A DNA stretch of 64,000 nucleotides, from the NCBI GenBank assembly GCA_964016885.1, contig OZ024752.1:12586001-12650000 (forward strand). The letters are read 5' to 3'. The stretch's first letter is position 1. Each line of letters starts with the position of its first letter. The translations under genes and the position numbers were made by a program. Origin of the DNA: Eledone cirrhosa. Taxonomy: Eukaryota. Positions 56,583 to 64,000 of this stretch are shown in pieces. Under the pieces are notes generated by a model. The model worked only from the letters and a program-made list of their open reading frames with translations. It was not told the DNA's origin and did not search any database.

Positions 56583-56972
56583 ATTATGTGTATGTATGTA
56601 TTGTTTTTAAATTAACTAACAACCCACATGCGGTGTATGTATGTATGTATGTATGTATGTATGTATGTATGTATGTATGTATGTATGTATGTATGTATGT
56701 ATGTATGTATGTATGTATGTATGTATGTATGTATATACAGGGTGTTCAAAAAATGTACACACATTTTGATTACTTTGCTGTTGAAGTGTGCATGCAATTT
56801 TTGGGACACCCTGTATATACATACATATATTCATACATACAAACATACAGATATACATATACACATATATACATATGCGTTTATTTACACGTATACAATG
56901 AACAGTAACAAATATATATATCATACTGTTTTGTTGATGTATATATCTCAGTTAAATTTTGTTATATATGTT

Positions 56973-57011
<39 letters not shown>

Positions 57012-57995
57012 TCGTTTACAAATTTACCTGTCCCGGTGTAAAGTCTGTGGCCATGCTGGGGCAGTGTAATTGTTGCTACACTCTCTAGAGTCGTCGTTCC
57101 ATGGTTTATTTAGTATAATTGATTAAATGAAATAATTTCGTATTAATTCATAAATTAACATTGTAAACTTAGACGAAATACTAATACTTAAATGTTACAA
57201 AAGAATTGCTGGAGCTGGTGCAGTAATGTGCCAGCGTCAGCATTCGGTAATCAGAAGGGAGGTAGGTGTAAAAACCAAACTGGCTATCTTCAATTTGGTA
57301 TTCGTGCCAACCCTTACCTATTGTCATGAATCTTGGTTAATGTTCGAAAGAATACGATTCCGAATAAAAGCAGCCGGAATGCGGTTTCTCCGAAGCATCT
57401 TATGAGTAATGTTACTCGATCGAGTGCATAGCTCGGAGATCAGAGAGTCACTCCAGGTAGAGCCGCTATTTCTCCGAATTAAGAGACCATAGTTCCGATA
57501 CTATGAACATGTGGTTAGAATTTCTCAAGAAAGTCTTTTTGGACTGATTTTACGGGCAAAACCAACCGATAAGAGACCCAGGGGTAGATCCGAGCAAGAT
57601 GGTTGGATAACATCCATTGGCTTGGCTTGTCACACTAGGGGATCCAGCTGGATCAGGTGGAGACGGGCGCTTCTGACAGGACCCACTGGAAGGAGTGCTT
57701 GAGGACTCTTCTCCACAACCCTCCAAGGAATAAGTAGACGAAGAAGTAAAGGGAGATAGGGACAAACTCTACCCCTTTCTCTAGCCCTAGTGGTGATTCT
57801 GCAGACTTGCCAACTCTCCCCAACGGACGGGGAGATCTCCCATCCACTTTGAGGTGGCTGAGAGATGTCTTCTCTTGTGAAAATGGGTATTTCTTTCATT
57901 ATGTAAAATAACCCCATTTTGCCTCATTTCTTCCCGTTTTCGTACACTTTTTTTCATGGTACTCCCTGTTTAGGTTTTTAGTGGGTGGCAGGTCT

Positions 57996-58050
<55 letters not shown>

Positions 58051-58167
58051 GTTCAGGATTTTCCAGTTTTAAACTAGTAAGATCATTATTCAGCAGAATA
58101 CTCGATATTTGATATAGCAAGAGCTCAGCCATCGGGCCCCGGCTCTTTTGTATATATGTAAATATAT

Positions 58168-58230
<63 letters not shown>

Positions 58231-58408
58231 GTTTCTACATTTGGCACAAGGCCAGCAATTACTCCAGTGTATTACTGAGTAATTATGAAGACCAAAATCC
58301 GAAGAGGGCTAGATAAGGATTATATATATATAATACTTATAAACATACTTACTTGCCATTTAAACTCGCTAAGAATGTAGTTTCTAATTTGAATGGAAAG
58401 AGATGGGT

Positions 58409-58479
58409 GATGTGTTGGTGTAATGGTAGCACAGTGGTCGCGATAACCAAAGATGTGGGTTCGACTCTCATGTACGTCA
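58409..58479 (+). pseudogene. tRNA-like sequence (pseudogene or orphan SINE head)
   Basis: A box tggtgtaatgg and B box ggttcgactc; a cloverleaf can be drawn only with many G-U pairs; anticodon loop cgcgata lacks U33. Confidence 0.5.
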
Positions 58480-58705
58480 ATACTCATCTTTTTCCATTTA
58501 TCTGAGGGTTCTAAACCCCATTATCAGGCTAAAATTCCTTTAGTCAAAAATACGGTGAAAGCTATATATTTTCTAATTTCAAACCTGCTCACTGTTTCAA
58601 AACATACTTATTTGCCATATATATATAATCCTTGTCTTAGCCCTCTTCGGATATATATATACCCCGAAAGGTAAATATTTATTATTAGTACAGATGAAAG
58701 TGTAA

Positions 58706-58804
58706 TCAAAGAATCGCTGCTTCCATCCTGTTACGGGATCTTCTGGAACTCACTTTCAGAAGATCCCGTAACAGGGTGGAATCAGCGACTCTTTGCTTAA
58801 ACTG
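58706..58804. repeat. Hairpin of the CAGANGA hammerhead-like family (GAAA changed to GGAA)
   Basis: Both arms read CAGAAGA tcccgtaacagg.t GGAA. Confidence 0.8.
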
Positions 58805-58913
58805 AAACCTGTACTACTACTACTAATATACATATCACCACCCCACTCTCAAGAGCGTGAAACTAATAAACATTTGTTTGTACTGCCTCTCTGTTTTGTT
58901 CCCGTTCAATTTT

Positions 58914-58974
<61 letters not shown>

Positions 58975-58978
<4 letters not shown>

Positions 58979-59272
58979 AAAAAGAGATGAAATCGAAAAT
59001 GCAACTGGAATCTTATTTTTTTTTTAAATATATATATTTATTTGGTTCCTTTACCGATTTCGCAGTTCTTCTGCTTTTCAAAAGGTGAGTTGAGATGGAG
59101 GGTCTGGGTTTTCTCACATGAGATGTGAGAAAAACCACAGACCCTCCATCTCAACTCACCTTTTGAAAAGTAGAAGAACTGCGAAACCGGTAAAGGAACC
59201 AAATAAATATATATATTTAAAAAAAAAATAAGATTCCAGTTGCATTTTCGATTTCATCTCTTTTTCTTTATA
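58975..59272. repeat. ~300-bp fold-back palindrome with a hammerhead motif in each arm
   Basis: Arms are reverse complements; centre tctcacat-gag-atgtgaga near 59121. Confidence 0.95.
59159..59196 (+). ncRNA. Minimal type I hammerhead with a U3-A8 core (mirror copy 59048-59085, -)
   Basis: cctt UUGAAAA gtag-aagaa-ctgc GAAA ccgg UA aagg; all three stems pair and stem III is palindromic (accggt). Confidence 0.7.
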
Positions 59273-59327
59273 CTTTCACTCGTGTAGGACACCTCGGTTA
59301 TTTTTCATTTTGTAAAAAAAACCTCAC

Positions 59328-59375
<48 letters not shown>

Positions 59376-59880
59376 TTATGTAATAAACAACATAAGGCAA
59401 TTATGTTGGAATAATTCTAATAAACAACATAAGGCAATTATGAATGGAATAATTGCCTTATGTTGTTTATTACATAACTATTAAGCTCTGTTACCTACAT
59501 AGAGCACTCTTTTTTCCTGGACTTTTCCGACGGAATTACTTCATTTATATATATATATATATGGCATACGTTAAGTTTAACGTATGCCATATATATAGTT
59601 TAAGGTACGTCAATTTATATGTTATATGCAACAAACGTAGTTATTTTTAAAAAAATTATTTATTTCAACACACAATGTTATTTTCCGTACACACAATACA
59701 CAAAAAAAAGAAAAAGAAAAAATAATCACACACGCAATACTAATTAACACCATATCACTATAGAGACCTGTTGTAAATAAACAAACAGTGTATCTGTAAA
59801 TTTCACTGTAAAAAAACAAAACAAACACATTCACTTGTCAGAAAATTTACTTTCATTTTCGCGAACGTTAAACTTAACGT

Positions 59881-59928
<48 letters not shown>

Positions 59929-59950
59929 TGTAATAAACAACATAAGATAA

Positions 59951-60018
59951 TTATTTCATTTACCAGTGGTTTCTTGAAAGCAGATATTGTATCTGTTTTC
60001 AGTCGTCAGAATGAATAA
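59951..60018 (-). ncRNA. Type I hammerhead motif (inverted partner at 60601-60661, +)
   Basis: Reverse complement reads ttcatt CUGACGA ctgaaaacagata-caa-tatctgctttcaa GAAA cca-c-tgg UA aatgaa; the plus copy has a 7-nt deletion in stem II. Confidence 0.8.
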
Positions 60019-60751
60019 AAATCATGGTGTTTTTATTAAATATGGATTTGAAAACAAAATTGAAGAAATAAGAAGGCTGAGAAAAAAACGGGCGAAAAAG
60101 AAGAGGGGAACAAATATATATAAACAATAAATATCCAGAACATAAACACACACACACTCAACCGCGCGCATATACTTAAAAAGTACGAAGACGTATACTT
60201 TTTCACGTAAACGTAATAGCGTCTACATACAGGGACATAAATACATACACATACATATACAAGAAGTAATAAATAAATAAAAACAAAAAATATACAAAGT
60301 CAAAAACAAAATAAAGACAAAGAGGAGACGTGTTGACAACGATAAGTATGAGTGTGTGTGTGTGTGGGGAGGGGGGGAGGGGAATTAAAACAAATTAAAA
60401 ATAAATAAATACACGAGATGTGATATACATAAATATATATATATAAATATACACATACATACACACGCACACACACACATACATGTATAGAAAATCATAC
60501 ACACGTATAAAAACACACACACACATGCATGTGTATATATATATCTATATTTCTTAAATTTTGTTTTCAAATCCATATTTAATAAAAAACACCATGTTTT
60601 TTATTCATTCTGACGACTGATACAACATCTGCTTTCAAGAAACCACTGGTAAATGAAATAATTATCTTATGTTGTTAATTACATAACTAATAAGCTCTGT
60701 AGCCTACATAGAACACTCTTTTTTCCTGTACCTTTCCGACGGAATTACTTC

Positions 60752-60788
<37 letters not shown>

Positions 60789-61065
60789 GAGTCAGGACCC
60801 CGACGGCTGAGCTCTGGCCGTTTCGACAGCTAGATCCGAACTAGGCTTAGTTCGGATTTAGCTGTTGAAACGGCCTACTACCCTAATTATTGAGTACTCT
60901 AGTGCCTTATGGTCCACCTGGTATCTTACCACACCCTCTTTGTTATATATAGACCGAAGTCGGGGGCATTTCCGCAAAATGGCTGACTGAAATACACGCG
61001 CGTTCTCCCCCTTCCATGTTCTGTTCTATTTTATCTTTCTATTTCTTCTTTTATTTCTTATTTCA

Positions 61066-61100
61066 TCTTTTGATGAAGGACTAGTTTCCGAAACGTAAAT
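61066..61100 (+). ncRNA. Degenerate minimal hammerhead motif
   Basis: UUGAUGA agga-ctagtt-tcc GAAA cg UA; C3 is replaced by U and stem I is poor. Confidence 0.4.
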
Positions 61101-61239
61101 CCCCTTTTCTTACTAGATTAAATACTTAACTAATATATTTCTTCATTGTACTGTGTTGTTTACTTTGTTGCTTCCGTTTAGTTTTCGCCTACACACACAT
61201 ATATATACGTAGGTATATATATATATATATATATATATA

Positions 61240-61278
<39 letters not shown>

Positions 61279-61509
61279 GCACGCACGCGTGCCAGCGCGG
61301 TCTGTATTTAACCTCTCTGTATTTTCGTTGTTATAGTATTAATTTGTCGCTATTACCTAACTTATTGTGTTTTCTCTGAGGAGGAATTTATTACTCTCTC
61401 ATCGAGTGCTTTATAACAATTTTCGAAAATCGGATGCGAATCTGCTACTTGCAACTATACTCATTACTATTATATATATATACTCGATTATACTCATTAC
61501 TATTATATA

Positions 61510-61605
<96 letters not shown>

Positions 61606-61608
<3 letters not shown>

Positions 61609-61762
61609 TTGTTTCTACTTTTTGGCACAAGGCCAGCAATTACCCAGTGCGTTACTGGTACTTTATTTTATCGACCCCGTAAGGATGAAAGGCAAAGTTA
61701 ACCTCGGCGGGATTTGAACTCAGAATGGCGTCCGACGCTCTACCGACACTGCCAATCCACCG
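61606..61762 (-). mobile_element. SINE family A
   Basis: Family consensus with an internal deletion. Confidence 0.85.
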
Positions 61763-61923
61763 TATAGTAATAATAAATGTGAAGACTAAAATCCGAAGAG
61801 GGCTCGATAAGGATAATATATATATATAAAAATATATAAGAACCATACAGAAAATATTTATTAAATTAACAGATTCAATTTTAAGCAAAGAATCGCTGCT
61901 TTCACCCTTAACGGGATCTTTTT

Positions 61924-61974
61924 AGTTTCAGATGATCCCGTTAACGGTGAAAGCAGCGATTCTTTGCTTAAACT
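61924..61974 (+). ncRNA. Hammerhead-like motif with a CAGAUGA (U4A) core, inside a hairpin (61882-61972)
   Basis: agttt CAGAUGA tcccg-ttaa-cggt GAAA gcag...ttgc UU aaact. Confidence 0.55.
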
Positions 61975-61986
61975 TTAATCTCTTTA

Positions 61987-62070
<84 letters not shown>

Positions 62071-62077
<7 letters not shown>

Positions 62078-62486
62078 ATGCTTTGGGAGGGTCATGTTGC
62101 CAATAAGAAACACACGCACCAGTTGCTTTCACTCCAATTTATTATAAATTAAATTTATAAATTTAAGAATTTATAAATTTCCGGTTGGTTGGTTGGTTCC
62201 ACAACCAGACGATTGTTCATATATTGTCAAAGTTCTTTCGTCACATATTCTATGACCTCTTCAGTGACTGGGGATTCTTTTCTTTGTTTTTGTGCCTCTC
62301 CTTTGTTCTGAAGAGGTTACAGAATGTGTGACGAAAGAACTTTGACAATATATGAACAATCGTCTGGTTGTGGAACCAACCAACCAGCCGGAAATTTATA
62401 AATTTAATTTATAATAAATTGAAGTGAAAGCAACTGGTGCGTGTGTTTCTTATTGGCAACATGACCCTCCCAAAGCATAACAATAT
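62071..62486. repeat. ~415-bp fold-back with hammerhead motifs at 62226-62268 (-) and 62303-62348 (+)
   Basis: Arms are reverse complements; each has CUGAAGA ggt(c/t)a.agaat.tgtgac GAAA gaactt tgac. Confidence 0.9.
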
Positions 62487-62532
62487 CGGTTTCAACACAC
62501 GTTTTCAGATAAACAATCTTACTAAACATATA

Positions 62533-62573
<41 letters not shown>

Positions 62574-62623
62574 AAATAAAATAAATAAATAAGTCAAATG
62601 TTTAAAATTTAGCTTCGTTTATC

Positions 62624-62678
62624 ACTGCTATATATGTTTCGGTGACAGCCATCTTTAGCTATGACCTCTTCAGGCAGT
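62624..62678 (-). ncRNA. Type I hammerhead motif
   Basis: Reverse complement reads actgc CUGAAGA ggtcatagct-aaagat-ggctgtcacc GAAA catata UA gcagt; stem I is a perfect 5 bp. Confidence 0.72.
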
Positions 62679-63018
62679 CCGAATTAGTGTGGTATAGACA
62701 ATATACTCAAAATCTCTCTCGCTCTCTCTCTCTCTCTATATATATATGGAACGTAGGGAAGTGACACACGAGTTGATATATATATAAACAAATAGTAAAA
62801 AGGAAAAAAAAATACACTAGAGAATGCTAGAGGGATTTTTTTCAGAATAACATTTATTTACAAAGTAGGGATTTCCGCATTTAATTGTACTGATACAATT
62901 AAATGCGGTCTCGATTGTTCGCAAGTACAGACGTCGAAAGCGTGGGAGATATCGTCCTGGTGAAGACTAAATATGTCTGAAATGCAACAACTCTTGTGTC
63001 CATTGCTTCTGCTGGACA

Positions 63019-63031
63019 CCACCAGAGGGCG
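63019..63031 (+). promoter_or_regulatory. CTCF-like motif
   Basis: CCACCAGAGGGCG closely matches the bilaterian CTCF core consensus; motif match only. Confidence 0.35.
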
Positions 63032-63185
63032 TTAGCCTCGGTATTTTTTTTGCATAACTACGGCTTCCTAAATGTTTACCCAGTAATCAGACACTATTTC
63101 TTTAGAAATACGAAATTTCTATACATATCTGTATACAACTATGCTTGAAGCTAAATCCTATCTCTCTCTCTCTCTTTCTATCTCT

Positions 63186-63586
63186 ATATGTGTGTGTATA
63201 TATATATGTATATATATATGTATATATATATGTATATATATATATGTATATATATATATGTATATATGTATATGTATATATGTATATATATATATGTATA
63301 TATGTATATATATATATGTGTATATGCATATATGTATACATATATATGTATATATATATCTATATATATATATACGTATATATATATATGTATATATATA
63401 TATATTTATATATGTATATATATATGTATGTATATATATGTATATATGTATGTATATATATATATGTATATATGTATGTATATATATATATGTATATATG
63501 TATGTATATATATATGTATATATATATGTATATATATATGTATATATATGTATATATATATGTATATATATATGTATATATATAAG

Positions 63587-63617
<31 letters not shown>

Positions 63618-63864
63618 GTATATATATGTATATATATTTATATATATATATATGTGTATATATATATACGTATATATATGTATATATATATATTTATATA
63701 TGTATATATATATATGTATGTATGTATATATATATATATTTATATATGTATATATATATATGTATGTATGTATATATATATATTTATATATATATATATG
63801 TATGTATGTATATATATATATTTATATATATGTATATATATATATGTATGTATGTATATATATT

Positions 63865-63895
<31 letters not shown>

Positions 63896-64000
63896 TTATA
63901 TATGTATATATATATATTTATATATGTATATATATATATGTGTGTATATATATGTGTGTGTATATATGTATATGTATATGTATATACATATATATATATG
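63186..64000. repeat. Compound (TA)n/(TATG)n microsatellite running off the window end
   Basis: Direct inspection. Confidence 0.98.

Noticed and set aside
58345-58356. ATACTTAC similarity to the U1 snRNA 5' end
   Set aside because: The match is only ~10 nt with no downstream U1 sequence.
62950-62992. CUGGUGA-agac/gtct-GAAA-ugca motif
   Set aside because: A6 is changed, there is no UH cleavage site and stem I is not evident; at best a dead remnant.

Overview
This is AT-rich, repeat-dominated eukaryotic DNA. The SINE/LINE repertoire and huge (TA)n tracts suggest a coleoid cephalopod, probably an octopus (inference). Only one host exon is recognisable: a 79-nt gelsolin/villin-family exon at 29467-29545 (+), so much of the window is probably intronic. 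The rest is decayed mobile DNA: RTE, CR1-like, CRE-like and R4/Dong-like LINEs, a Penelope-like element (RT plus GIY-YIG) split by an RTE fragment, two tRNA-derived SINE families, Helitrons, Tc1/mariner and piggyBac-like MITEs, and several minisatellites. The most striking unannotated structure is a dense set of type I hammerhead ribozyme (HHR) motifs from roughly ten unrelated sequence families. Many sit in long near-perfect fold-back palindromes next to (TA)n tracts, and several have non-canonical cores (U3-A8 covariants; a recurrent CAGANGA/U4A variant). These look like short, ribozyme-bearing, hairpin-forming derivatives of Penelope-like element ends. Structures were folded by eye and no activity has been tested. 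Almost all long ORFs in the track outside the LINEs are microsatellite artefacts.
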